Source: Lama guanicoe
Taxonomy: Eukaryota
Assembly (NCBI GenBank): GCA_013239625.1
Contig: MU053934.1
Location: 8,763,352-8,827,351 of the forward strand
Direction of reading: 5' to 3'
Length of the DNA stretch: 64,000 nt
Shown piece by piece: positions 23,771-37,689 of this stretch (positions are counted from its first letter, which is position 1; each line of letters opens with the position of its first letter). Position numbers and translations under genes: made by a program. The notes under the pieces are model-generated. The model was not told the origin of the DNA. It saw only the letters and a program-made list of their open reading frames with translations, and searched no databases.

Positions 23771-25479
23771 CACCATCTCTGTAAGCCTTTTGAAGGATTT
23801 CACACAGATTCCTAAATTAAAACAGATCCCTTGTGCCCCAGTTTGGGATGCAGAAAATAACTATAATTAGAAAACCAAGACGGATTAAAACGTAGAGGGA
23901 CCAGCTTTGCAGAGGAAGCAGAGGGTTAACAGGCTGGACGATAAAGGCTGAGCTGGAGCGTGCCAGCTGAAGAGATGCCAGAAGGAAAGTTAATGAATTG
24001 CCTTCATTGAAAAGATGAGAATGACACTAAACCAGGACTGCCCTGGAAAACTGGCGATTCTGGGCGCGTGGCACATTGGCCAGTCATTTTCTGAGATGTG
24101 GTTTATGAACCAGAGCCAGCACGTGATGCTGTCGTGAAGAGCACAGCCTCCCGAGCAATTTTTCTGGGTTTTCATTTCAGTCCCACAGTTTTTTTTAACC
24201 TAGGAGGAGTAATTTAATTTTTCTGCACCTCTGTTCCTTCATCTGTTAAAACAGAATCACACTGTGGCTCATTTCCTAGGGCTGATGTGAGAACTCAAAG
24301 CTCTGGCTGCCTGGCCCAGGGTCCATGCTCCATGCACGTGAGCTCTGAGGGTGGTGACCTGTCTCCCCCACTTCTCTCTAACCCCATGTGAGCCTTGGAT
24401 TCCCTCTCACTTACCTCACCTGCTCATAGCCTAGTGTCTGGCACAAGTCAGCAATCAGCAAGTATTTGTGAAGCCGAACTGAACAGAAAAGTGCCACCTC
24501 CCAGGGCATCAAGGAAGGGACTGTCACCACTCAGACTCTCCTGCGCCTGCGAGCGAGCATCCTCTCCTCCTTCTCTCCTGCTCTCCTGGGTTGAGCCCCT
24601 CCTTGGGCCCTGGGTCCCAGCCCCTCCCACCTTCTCAAGAACTGCCCTCTAGTAGCCCTCTCTCTTCTTCACCTTCAGCCTCTCCTTCGATCCTTCCCCT
24701 CTGCATTTTAACATGCTTGGGGCTCTTCCACTTTTAAAGACAAAAATTTTTTTAAAACCAACCCTCCACCCCAGTGCCTCTCCAGCTAGTTCCCCATCTC
24801 TGAGTTTCTATTCTCAGCCAAACGTCTGTAAAGCAATCTACCCCCGCTCCCTACAGTGTCTCTGTACCTCATTTCTCAAACCATTGCTCAGGGTTTCAAC
24901 CCAACCTTCCCTTCTCCAAAAGGGCGTACTCTAGCGTCACTCACGACCGGTTATTTTGCCAGCTCCAATGGCTCTTTGTACAATCTTCACCTTAACCTTT
25001 CAGCACATCCAAGGTCCCCAGCCAGTCCCCCTCTTGAAACACTACACACCTTATCCTAGCTTTCTTCCTGTATCTCCAGCCAACTCACCTCAGTCTCCGG
25101 TGATTTTTAACACAATGGAACCCCTCAATAACATGCATAAGTTCCACCCTTAGGCAATTTCTTCCACTCACGAGGCTTCTGTAACACCTTGAACACGTAT
25201 GACTCCCAGTTCAGACCTCTTCTTTTAACTTCAGACCCACATGGATGTATCACAGGCACCTCAGATAAATATCTTCAAAACTGAACTCACTGTCTCCATC
25301 CCCTCCCCAGACCCAGACTCCCTCCAGCATTCCCTCTCATAGAAGAAAACTGGGGGTCATCCTTGACTTTCCTATTGTGCAATCCCTACAATTCAAATCA
25401 GTCCTCACATTCTGCCTCAAATCAGATTAGATACATATCAAACCCACCCGCTTCCCTCCACCATCACTGCTGGAAGAAG

Positions 25480-25700
25480 GAAGCACTGACCACGCTATTC
25501 CACTGGGAGAGGACAGATGGCAGCCCCACACCTGGTCTCCCCCGGACTCTGCCCCTGCGCCTCGTACTTCCGCTGATTTTACTCTGTGTCCTTTAACGGT
25601 GATAAACTATGACCATGAATGTAACAGCTTTTCTGAGTTTGTGAATCCTTCTAGAGAATTCTGAGCCTGAAAGTAGTCTTGGAGACCCCCTGCACGTCAA
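25480..25700 (+). mobile_element. LTR 3' fragment (MER21-like)
   Basis: gctgattttactctgtgtcctttaacggtgataaactatgaccatgaatgtaacagcttttctgagtttgtgaatccttctag...gtcttggagacccc. Confidence 0.6.
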
Positions 25701-26959
25701 CAAATAATTAAACGATAAGAATCATGATTATAGTTTTAGATGTGGGAGAAAAGAAAACGGGAGAAATCGTGGTTTCTTGTAAGACAAATGCATATCCCCA
25801 AACCCTGGACTGTGCTGACAGCTGTCTTTGGGGTGGGGTTAGGCGGAGCAGTTGGTTACTAGACGCTATTAGAAAGTGACAGTCACAGGTCGAATCCGAG
25901 CACTTGGGGCTGAAAGGCACCTTGGAGACAGCATCCGGTTCAAGGGCCCTCGCCTGGCAGACAGGGTGATGGCAGGGAGCCCAGGGACACAGAATGAGCT
26001 GGTGCAGTCACCAGGCTCGCTCAAATAAACCCAGTGCTCACTGAACCCTGGGTGCCGGGCACTAGGGCAGATGCTGAGGAAATTGATTCCCTGGGTTCAA
26101 GTAACGCGTAGAAGAGGCTTGGGTGGGGCTAGGAGCGGGGGACGCCTAAGTCAGGCCTGGCCACTCCAGCAGGAGCTGAATGAGTGCAAGCTGCCCCATG
26201 CAGTGGTCCTCAGACCTCTGCACTACGCAGAGCAGAAGAGAGGGAGCCCTGATCCGCCCTGGGGGTACAGGGGGATGGTGTTGGGGGGCAGGGAGGACAC
26301 TTCAGGAGAGGCATTTACAGTGACCGGGAAGCTGCCCCGGGGGCCCCGCCTTCCCCGGCCCAGTTCCCCTGAACTGGCACAGTTTGGAGAAGCTCCCTGC
26401 GATAGCACTGTAGCGGAGGGAACTACACAAGGTGAGTGTGCGCTTAAGGGCCTTGTCACCCGAATGACAAGGGCAGTGCCTTCTAAAGGGATGACAGAAC
26501 TGCTGAGGCCATGAACCAGGCAAAAAACCAACCACATTTAAAACCAAAGGGCTCTGGGAGCTCCATCAGTCAAGGACCACGGTCATGCGTGCTGGGTGGG
26601 GCGCATGCGCATTTCCTGCCACCAGTCCTGATGGAAAGGTGAATGGGTCCAGGGAGGAGCGCGGGTCGGGTCTGCCCTCTGCGCGCACAGGCTCCTGAGG
26701 AGTCTGCAAGCAGGTTGCTGGCTTGCCGTCGGTAACCAGGGAGCCTATGACTAGAGTCCCAGAAACGGGGACCTGGGGCAAAGGATAAGATCGCCGAGCA
26801 GGCCGAAACCACCACCCTTTTCCCACGGACTCCAAGGTCCTCCCTAGAGCTCTGGGGAGAAGCAGGTGGGGCACCTGCGGGCGCCCTGTCAGGCCTCGCC
26901 TCCCTTGTCTGCTCTGGTCTCTCCTCTAGGGTTCCTCCTTGCAAGGCCTCTGTGGTTTC

Positions 26960-27375
26960 CTGGGGCCGCAGGAACACAGCACCACGGGCCGGGAGTCACA
27001 CAGGGGACATCTGTTCTCTCTCAGAGGCCAGAATCCTAGACCAAGGTGTCCACAGGGCCAGGTCCTCCTGAGGACGCAGAGGGGGACTGCACCAGGCCTC
27101 TCCCTCTCTCTCTAGTTTCTGGGGGCTCACTGGCTTGAAGACTCATCACCTGGCGCTCCGCCTCCATCTTAACATGGCCCATTTCCCCTGTGTGCCTATG
27201 TCCAAGTTCTCTCTCTCTGTGGACACCAGTCATGCTGGATTAGGGGCTCACCCTACACCAGTGTGGCCGCGTCCTAACTACTCACATCTGCAGCAACCCT
27301 GTTCCCACACAAGGACACATTCCCAGTTCCTGGGCCTTAGGACTTCGACGTGAATTTTGAGGAGACACAAAGTTC
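26960..27375 (-). mobile_element. MaLR LTR (MLT1-like)
   Basis: ggacaccagtcatgctggattaggggctcaccctac...catctgcagcaaccctgttcc...ttaggacttcgacgtgaattttgaggagacaca. Confidence 0.8.
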
Positions 27376-30300
27376 CCTGTCGGGGAGGAGCCTTTGTGTC
27401 CCCCATCCACCCACCTAGGCCTCCGCTCACTGGTCCAGAGGGGCAGACTTCTGCTCTGCCCCCAGGATGGGGACTGAACTCTCCCCATCACGCACTGCTC
27501 CCTCCTCCAACTGGCAGGACCAGCAAGAGCCAAGGACACGGGGCCCCATTTACCAGGCGACGCTAGTTCCCTTTCCCACTGCGGCTGCTCTCCCTGCGCT
27601 GAACGTCGCAGGCCAGGCTGCTCGGGGTTCTGCCTCTGCCGGGGATGGGGTGAGTCTGAGGGGAAGGTGGCTCCTCCCAGCTCCAGGCCAGCGGCATCTG
27701 CTGTCTCTGCTCCTCCAAGTTCATTGGGCACTTGCGGGGCCCATTAGTAAAGCAGGTATGTACTTCGGTTTCCAGTGGCTCCTTGTGAATCTGTTTCTCA
27801 GTTAGTTAGAACCCGAAGCGTTTATTATTCAGTACGTATTTAGTGAACGGATTAAACACTGCTTTGAATATAAATGAGTGTCTGTGAGCATGGTGGGGAG
27901 ACTGGAGGGAAGCGGGCGGAGGAAACAAGGGAGACAGGAAGGGGAGCGGAAGGAGGAGAGAGGGAAACACGAAGTATTTACCCCACACCTGGAGTCCCCA
28001 GGAACCTGTACGGCCCTGGAAATTACCTGCCTTATGGCTTCAAACCCTGAGATTTAAACTGTGATCATAACACCCTCATTTCAGCAGACGTCCCGGCCTC
28101 ACGAGCTGCTCCAGGCTCACTCAGAATTGACCATGGCCTTCCCGAGCTGGCTTTCACATGCCCAACCTCGAGGGTCAGAATCACCAGCTCCTTCCATCCC
28201 GCCCCTCCCCTCCCATCAAGGTCTGCGATGCTCTCAGAAACCAACGTCCACTGTGTTTCAGCACCTTCTCTTTCATAATGAATTAAACCTACCCCGTCAC
28301 ATACACATCCCTCAGTATCAGAAGAAGAAAGTAATCCTAAATAACCACTCCTAAAAGGAATGCGAAAGCACTTCATTATTTATAAATCACATACATTTTA
28401 GAGGGAGCCTCAGATACCTTCTGAGAGCCTGGGATTAAAGTAATTCAAACAAAAGTTTTAATGAAAGGATCCCCCCAAGTTTTTCTGAGCAACGAAGAGG
28501 AAAGAACTGAGCATTTGCGAACAGTGTAGGAGATGTCCAGAAATACTCTGGTCTTTTGTCTCAGTGATACATGATCTCCCCAGCAGCTCTTGGAGGCAGA
28601 CAGCAGTGTCCCCATTTGAGAGACAGAAAAAACAGTAATAAGGAACTCGGGAAGATTAAGCAATTAAGTGACTTTGCTGCTAAGTAACAAACTTTGGAAT
28701 CTGGGCTTAGGTCTGTCTGATGTTTTGAAGTGCACTGGGCTCTTCCCACTCTAGGAGAGTTTCCCTGGCTCCATCTTCCAGGCAGATTGGTTAATAAACG
28801 TGTGTCACAGGAAGTCCTGGCCGAGGCCACGATAAGAGAAGCAGGGGTTTCATTATTTCGCCTCTACCTTCTCTGCCCAAGGCTTCACAAAAAGATGGTT
28901 TGGTGTGAGCTCACAGCTTTCCTCTAGTTATTCTACAGGAATTCAGGAAAAGCAAGGGCTGTCCTTCACGTACCTGGCATAGCACAGTCCTCAGTGTCTC
29001 CTGCCCCCTCCACCTTAACGCCCTCACTGAGGGAGAAATAGGCCAAGTGATTCTGGTTCAATGTGAGTTTAGTGTCAAAGGAGGAGGAGCCGATAGATGA
29101 GGCTCATACTGACACTGTTCTCATAGTAACAGGACAGAGTCCAGGCTGCTGAAACCAAGATTCTAACATTAAAGGCAGTGCCTTAAAGAAAAGCTTATTT
29201 CCTTACCACATAAGAGTTTTAAGGTCCAGACAGTGAGCCAGGCTCGTCCCATCTCGTTGCTGTGCTGGCCCGAGGGCACCATCTTCCTTCATGGTCAAAG
29301 CTGGGCGGCGAGTGTGTTCATGTTCCAGTTTGCAAGAAGGGAAAGGAGCATCATTCCAGGCTGGGGCTCACTGTCTATGGGGGTGACGACCTAGAAGTTG
29401 CACCATCGTCTGTGCGCACACCCCTGCACTTGGCCACAAGGCCACACCAGCAAGACAGGAGATGGGAAGCGCCTGTCGTCAAGCCCAGCGGCAATCGCTC
29501 CTGTGGAAGACAGGAGAGCAGACTGTGGCGGCCAGCAGAAAACTCTGCCGCAGTGACAGCCGTCGTCTGCAGCTGTACTTCACTGTACATCTAACTAGCA
29601 ATTTCATACCCACCACTTCGTTTAATCTAGCAGTGAACTTCTGAGTAGGTACCATTTGTCTCATGTGATGCATGAGAAAATGGGGCCAAAGAGGTTAAGG
29701 GACTAGGGTAAGGCCTAACTGTAGAATTTTAAATGCATGATGAGGATGAAAACCTTGGTGATAAAATATTGGTAGAGTCAAAAAGGAAAGCCCGTTCAAT
29801 TTGCTCTAACCACATTTACTAAGCAATAAGAATCAAGGAACCGAGAAACAGGGAGACAGGATGGGTCCGTGGCCTCAAAGGCTTCATGACAGCTGAGAGA
29901 GTAATAGTTTTCGCCGTAAGGTGTGGTCATGAGGACTGCAGGACAGAAAGAAGGATGGTGACAGCCATGGACAGAGAGGGACATTAGGACATAGAGAAGA
30001 CACTGATGCTTCCTGGAGAGTCACAAAAACTAAATGATTTTCCTATCATGAGTGGAAAAACAGCAACTCTACAATTTTCCAGTAGAAAATGGAGCAGTAG
30101 GTGTTGAGAAAAAACTAGGGTACTCTGAAGGAAATGGGCCTCCCTTTTGCCCTGGCCTTATAGTCTCTCATCCACTTTTTATTCCGGCCAGTGCTGTGGC
30201 AACCCATCTCCTGCAGGTGTACCCTGCCACACCTGGCCACACTGCTGCCCTGTGCGTCTCTGGCATTCTCCCAGGGTTGCCCTGATGCTACAGTGCAGGT

Positions 30301-30455
30301 CACCTGTGGGGAATCTGCCCATAACTCATACATCCACAACTGGGAAAGCCTTGCCCATGGGATGCGGCACCAGGAGACAACTGCCCTCTCTGTCCCAGAC
30401 AGCATCGTCTGAGGTACATGCTACACACTGCAAGGTGACACCAGGGAATCAGTCC

Positions 30456-30774
30456 TCTGATGGTTAATATCATGTGTCAATTTGGAGGGTGTTTTTGGAT
30501 GAGATTAACATGAAAATGGTGAACTCTGGATAAAGCAGAGTGCCCGCCTCAGTATGGGTGGGCCTCACCCAATCAGTTGAAGCCTGACTGGAACAAAGAC
30601 TGAACTCCCTGAGGAAGAAGGAAGTCTCCAGCAGACTGCCTTCTGACTTCATCCATACCATCAGCTCTCCTGGGTCTTGCAGATTTTGGACTTTCTGGCC
30701 TGCATAATCGCATGAGCCACTTCCCTATAATAAAGCTCTTGGTTCTGCCTTTCTGAAGAACCCTGGTTAGGACA
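30456..30774 (+). mobile_element. MLT2 (ERVL) LTR, nested in an older ERVL-type LTR (~30170-30950)
   Basis: tgatggttaatatcatgtgtcaa...gggtgggcctcacccaatcagttgaag...cataatcgcatgagccacttcc...aataaa...gaaccctggttaggaca. Confidence 0.85.
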
Positions 30775-31549
30775 TAGCCCCAGTGACCAGCTCGAGAATG
30801 CACTCTTATACTGGTTTTCCTCTTTCCCTGTTACACTCTTCTGGTCTCTGGAATCACTCACTTCCCAAAATGAACTAGGTATGTGCACACCCTAGTCCCA
30901 GCTTGCTCTCAGGGGCTCCCCAGCCAGGCTACAATGTTTGCACATGTAATATTGAGGGTAATCAATATACAAGCACATTCGTGGCTCAAAGAGACCCTTA
31001 GGTGTTCGCTATTTCCCAGGATCATGAGACCCAGAACACTGAAGTGTGATGGGACAAATGCCACGGGGACCTCCCACCCCCCAGCAAGGCTGCGCTCCTC
31101 CCAACCAAAGAACAATATTCTTTTGCATCCCTCATGTGGCTTAGCATTTGAGAAGTTTGCAAAAAATGCTTACTGGACTGGATGTCGTGTTTTAAAATTT
31201 GCCTATGTGCTGTCATGATGGAACATGTGAACCTGTTGTTGTTCAAATGCTATATTATTTGGTGAATCCAAATACAAAGGATTTGGCTAAGAACTTCAGC
31301 TCTAGTGTCGCGAGGGCACAGATTCAAGCCTCAGTTCCTCCACTAGCTGGCTGTGGCACAGCATAATCCATAAAGAAATATACATTAAGTTTTTCTGCTG
31401 AGAGAAATAAATGTCCACCTATAATTACCTTCCCAGCTAAATGTCAACACAACAATGAGGAAGAGAAGGTTTTTTTTTTTTAATCTTAAGAGACTAAGAG
31501 AATACCACTATAAAGATTTTCACTGAAAAAAATACTATAGCGTTTATTT

Positions 31550-32679
31550 CAGAAAGAGAACATTTGAAAAACAGATATAAGAAAAACTGGTAAACAAAGT
31601 AACTGGTAACTATGTGGCAAATATAAATCAGCACTGTATAGAAACAATAATAAATAATTTGAAGAATATAAAATCAGGTGTAAATAAAATGGTGGATAAT
31701 GACATACAAGATAGGAGTGGATATTTGAATTAAAGCATTTTAAGGTCTTGGTACTATTCAAGCCTAGAGTAGAGGAGAGATACTGATTAATTTCAGATAA
31801 GTCAAAAAACAAATGTTAAATATGGAAATAGAATAAAACCTCAAGCCTGTAGGGAGGGGTGAAGTGGAGAAATGGACACAATGAAAACCCAATCAGTCCA
31901 AAAGAAGGCAAGAATTTTTTTTATCAAATAAATAAAAGACATATAAAGTAGAAAGTACAAAAGGAGATTGTAGGAACGAATGCATAAGTATCTACAGTCA
32001 CCAAACTGTAAACAAAGTTATCAACTGCAAGGCAGAGTCGCAGACTAGCCAGGGACAAGAAAATGCACCTGTATGATATTTACAAGAAACACCCTGAGTA
32101 CCTAGAAAGACTGAGACTGAAAGGAGAAAAAAAAAGGTTTACCTGGCAAATATTAGCCAAACATCAGAAAAGCACAAAAGACAGAAAGCATCATTAGGGA
32201 TGAGGCTATCCTAGAAGAAGCATTTTCTAACAAAGGCACAAAATTTGTGAATCTGTTTTGAACCTAACAACACAATTTCAAAACACAGAAGCCAATAATT
32301 GACAGAATTACAATGAAAAATGGACAAATCCACAGAGAGAACATACTATCTTTCCAAGGACATATTGAACATTTACAATAATTGATCGCACATTAAGCTA
32401 TAATACAACACTCAACAAATAGGAAACATCGATATAATAAAGCCCCATTCCTGAATTCAATTTCATAAAAGTAGAAATCAGTAACAAAAAATAAGAAGAA
32501 ATGTCCATACAACTAGAATTTTTAAAAATAAACTTCAAGACTAGTCATGGGTCAAAGAAGAACTGAGAAGCCATAATAATTTAGAATTGAACAATAATGC
32601 TTTTGAACATCCCCTCCACTGTGCAATTCCACATTTGACCAATGCTGTTAGACAAAATACATGTGCGTGCACATGCACG

Positions 32680-32721
<42 letters not shown>

Positions 32722-35140
32722 GCTGGCAATGAAGAAACAAAGCTGTCATTATTTACAGAAGACTCCAATCCCGTAAATCAGAGGCTCAAAGACAAGCCAC
32801 GTGTAGAAGAGAGTTCAGTAAGGTTGCAGAATAAAAGATGAATATCCAAAAGTCAGTTATGTGTCTACACACCCACAACTAATTGTTGGAAACCGTCGTT
32901 TTTAAAGAGGCACCATTTATAAGAGCTACAAAGCACTGAAAGTGTCTAGGAATAAATCAAACCAAAGATGCGGAAAATCATAAAACTTTTTGAATAACAT
33001 AAATGGATGAGAAAATCTGACTTTAAAGATGGGGCTTCTCCCCAAACAGTAAGTGTTAATACTTAATGCAATTTTACACAAAATCTCAATAGGGGTTTTC
33101 AAAGAGTTTGTAAACTGACTCCAAAATGTACGTAGAAGAGCAAAGGGCCAGGCACGACCGAGAATGTTTTGAGTGATGTGGGGAGGCTTGCTTTGCTGTT
33201 TGTCGAGACTCACTGTGCAGCTACTGTTGTTACCTTGTTGGTACTGAGATAAATACACTGTGAATCAGAACAGAAGGCACCAAAACAGACGCACGCATGT
33301 TATACGAAAACATGATACATAAGGGGACATTACAAAAGGAAAAGGGTTTAATAAATGGGGCTTGACACAGTTGGTTTTTCACAGGGAAAATAACTAAAGT
33401 TGAATTGCTTCCTACCATTCAAAATAGAGTCCAGGTGGGTTAAAGACCTAAAACAGAATAGCAAAACTTGGAATAAAAGAAAATAGAAGAATAAAAAACA
33501 GGGGAAAAAAAGAAAAATAGAAAAACTTGAAATAGGATAAAATAGAAGAAACGTAGAATATTCTCAGAATCTTGGGGTAAGAAAGGTCTTACCATGCAGA
33601 ACACGCAAACCCTCGTGGAAAAGGTCGTTAAGTTTGAGTATACAAAAATCTAAAACTTGGTTACAACAAAAGTCACCATAACTTAGAGAAAAGTCAGGCC
33701 ACAGAGGAGAAGACATTTGCAATATTAAGGATTAATTCCAAAACATATCAAGAATGTCTATAATGAATAAGAAAAAAGCCAGAGACTCCATTAGAAAAAT
33801 GGGGGAAAATATAAGGCAATGGACAGAAGAGGGAGAAAAATATCAAAAAAAAAAAAGATGTTCAATCTCTCAGTAATCAGAGAAATGCAAATCAAAATGA
33901 GGTTTCCTTCCACATCCATCAGATTGGAAAAGTATTTCAGCCGAACAAAATTACATGTGGGTGAAATGTGGAGCGACAGAATCCTTCATACACTGGAACC
34001 CTTCATACGTTTGTCAAACGGGGAAACTCTGGTATCACTGGGCATGGCTGAAGATGCTGGTCCTAGATGGACACCCAAATCATTCCACAAGGATGTACAT
34101 AGAAGAACACTCAGTATAGCATTGCTAGTAATGGTGAAAGCTTGAAAATGGATAAGCTGCAGTGCACGTAGTTGACGGACTGCAATATAACAGTTACGAC
34201 GAATAAACTACAGAACAAGGCCTGCGTGTTGCAAGCACTGTGCAGGCGTCTGATGGCGTCATCAGCACCACTGTCAGCATCAGCACCTCAAAGGCATGAA
34301 GTTCAGGGCAAAGAAAATCAAGTGACAGAAAGTTGTATTGATTGTTTCATTTATATAAAGTATAAACTTCATATAAATAAAGTTTTAAACCATTTTGTCA
34401 ATGTATAAGACATATTTATGGATAGATATGTGTGTAATAATATTATAAAATTATGAAGACCTCCATGGGAATAATAAACACAGAATTCAGGATAATGTTT
34501 ATCAGCGAGGGGGGAGGAGAAGAACGGAGTCAGAGAGGAGGACAGAGAGAGCTTCATTTGTATTTGCAGTTTTACTTCTTAAACTGGATAGAGTCCACAG
34601 GAACTCTTTATCTTGTTCTCCATGTGGCATTATACACTATTTTATGTTTCAAGAAAGTCTGATAATACTATGTGTCAGTGAGGATTTGCAAAAAAAAAAA
34701 ACTCTCTTACACTGCTGGTGGGAATATAAATTGGAACAGCCACTTTGGGGAGTAATTTGGCAATATTTAGTAAAGTTTAAATGTCTGTACTAATACCCAG
34801 TAATTCCACTTCCAGGAGCCAATCCTAGAAAACCTCTCCTGCATGTAGATACAAAGGCATTGATAAGAATGTTTAATGAACCACTATTTATAGTAAGACA
34901 GAAACGATGGTTTCTAGATGTCCACCAGTAATAGCAGGTGACATTTAATGAGTGATGACACACACTAGTCATTGTGTAGGGAGATGAATGAATAAACAGA
35001 ATGGATGGGTAAGTAAAATAGTGCACTGCTGTTTAAATGACAACCAAGACCTGAATCTATCAGTATGATAAACCTCAAAAAACACATTTAAAAAGGTGAA
35101 GTACCAGAGGGTGCACACAGTATAAATTTTAAATTCACAA
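31550..35140 (+). mobile_element. Long, highly degenerate ancient L1 (L1ME-like) remnants
   Basis: A-rich, with ORF2-like pieces in order (aaacaaagctgtcattatttacaga; gttcaatctctcagtaatcagagaaatgcaaatcaaa; acactgctggtgggaatataaattggaacagccactttgg). Confidence 0.7.
32663..32716. repeat. (CG)/(CA)n microsatellite
   Basis: Alternating purine-pyrimidine run, gtgcgtgcacatgcacgcacgcgcgcgcacacacac... Confidence 0.95.
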
Positions 35141-35142
35141 AA

Positions 35143-37680
35143 TTTCTGGGAAGATGGCGGAGTAGGAAGCTCCAGGAACCTGTCTCCCCACCTGGACAAG
35201 AATAGCATTGGCCAAATCAATCTGATGTAACTATTTTGGAGCTTTGGAATCTATTGAAGGTTTGCAGCTTCCAGGAGAAGGCTGGGATGGCAAATTGTGA
35301 TTAATTTTAGTCAGTTTCAGCTCTATGCACAGCGGCAGGCACACAGCTGGTGAGAGCTAGGTGAGCCAAAAAGACCCTGTCTTCCAAGCGGTGGTGCCTG
35401 AGCTCTGGTCACTGATTGCTGCTTCTGATCACAGAGGTGCAGACACAGAGGCAGCAGCCATTGCTGTTGCACCTCTCCTCACTGTTGCAAGCCCTTCTCC
35501 CTTCAGCTAAAGTGACTTCCAGGGGTTTTAAAGAGCCAGGGCCCTTTTCCCTGCTTCATTTCTCATCTTCCATTATTAGGAGCCAGACACTAAAGACTAG
35601 GATGTTCAAAAACAATTGCATATATGGGGAAAATCAGAAAATGACCATGCACACCCAGGGAAAAGCTCAGAAAAGATATAAGAAGAACTTAAGTTTATAC
35701 TTCAGGCTGATCCTCAACACAGATAGCCTACAATAATAAAATAATAATAATAACAAGACCCAGTAAACCTTGGGGAAGGTAGAGAATCTGACTTCCAGAG
35801 TTAGTTCATAATTAGACTCAAATGTCCAGTTTTCAACAAAAAACCACAAGGCATATAAAGAAGCAGGAAAGTAGGGCCCATTCAAGGAAAAAAAACCAAA
35901 TCATCAGAAACTGTCCCTGAAAAAGACCTAATGGCATACACACTAAACAAAGACTTAAAAACAACTGTCTTAAAGATGTTCAAAGAACTAAAGAAAGATG
36001 TGGAGAACATCAAGAAAATGATGTACAAACAAAATGGAAATGCTAATAAGGGAATGGAAAACCTAAAAATTCTGGAGCTGAAAAGTATAACTGAAATAAA
36101 AATTCCCTAGAGGGATTCAAAGACAGATTTGCGCAAGCAGAAGAATCAGTGATCCTGAAGACAGGATAATGGAAGTTATCAAGGCTGAGGAATGGAAAGA
36201 AAAAAGACTGAAGAGAAGTGAACGGGGCCCAGTGGGCCTGCTGGGCACCACCAAGCAGGCCAACACACACTGTGGGAGTCACAGAGGCAGAGAGAGACAG
36301 GAAGGGGCAGAGGGAATGTTGAAGAAATAATGGCTGAAAACTCCCTAAATCTGATGAAAGACATGAATATAAACGTCCAAAAAGCTCAAAAAACTCAAAG
36401 CAAGATCAACTCAAAGAGACCCACACCAAACACAATATAATCAAATTTTCAAAAAACAGAGTTAATCTTGAAAGCAGCAAGAGAAGTAAATTGTCACATA
36501 CAAGGTATCTTCAATAAAATTATCAATAGATTTCTTATCAGAAACTTTGGAGGCCAATAAAATTATCAATAGATTTCTTATCAGAAACTTTGGAGGCCAT
36601 AAGGCAGGGAGCCAATATATTCAAAGTGCTAAAAAGGGAAAAAATGAGTCGACAAAGAATCCTGTATCCAGGAAAATTGTCAACAGCGAGGGAGAAATTA
36701 AGACACTCAGCTGAGGGAGCTTGTTACCACTAGACTTATCCCGAAGGAAATTCTCAAAGGAAGTCCTATAAGGTGTAATGAAAAGGAACTAGACAGTAAC
36801 TCAAGAAATAAAGATCTCAAGGTAAACACATGGGCAATTGTTTAAAAGCTAGTATTATTGTAACAATGGCTTGTAACTGTGCTTTTTGTTTTCTATATGA
36901 TTTAAGAGACTAATACACTGAAAAATATTAATCTAAAACCTAGTATTATAGTAACTTTGGTTTATAACTCCAATTTTTTCTATATAATCTAAGAGATGAA
37001 CACATTTAAAATTATTAGTTTATGTTTGGGCACACAATGTATAAAGATGTAATTGTGGGGACATCAACAAAGGCTGGAGATGGAGCTGTAAAGGGGCAGA
37101 GTTTTTTACGTTACTGAAGTTAAACTGGTATACATTCAAATTAGAATGTTTTAACTGTAGGATGTCAAATGTAATTTCCATGGTAACCACAAAGAAAATA
37201 GCTATGGGATGTACACAGAACAAAATGAGAAAGGAATTTGAATATTTCACCACAAAAAATTAACTAAACACAAAAGACGGTAATGCAGGGAATGAACAAA
37301 AAAGCTGTTAGACATAGAGAAAACAAATAGTAAAATGATGGAAGTCCCTCCTCATCAGTAATTACTTTAAATGTAAATGGATTAAACTCTCCAATCAAAA
37401 GACAGTTTGGCAGAATGAATAAAAACACACGATGTAACTCCATGCTGTCTACAAGAGACTCACTTTAGATCCAAAGACACAAACAAATTGAAAGGATGGG
37501 TAAAGATATTCTGTGCAAACAGTAGCCAAAAGAGAGCAGGGATGGCTCTACTAATGTCAGACAGAATAAACTTAAAACCAGAAAAGGATATTAACAGATG
37601 CTGAAGGATATTATGTATTTTTTAAAGGCTCCAATACAGCAAGAAGACATAACAATTATAAACACTTAAGTACCTAGGAA
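35143..37680 (+). mobile_element. L1 5' UTR + ORF1 + start of ORF2 endonuclease (degenerate)
   Basis: The 5' end carries the YY1-type aagatggcgg (35151-35160). ORF1-like gaagaaataatggctgaaaactccctaaatctgatgaaagacatgaat. ORF2 start attactttaaatgtaaatggattaaactctccaatcaaaagaca (ITLNVNGLNSPIKR). Confidence 0.88.
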
Positions 37681-37689
37681 CTTGTCCAC

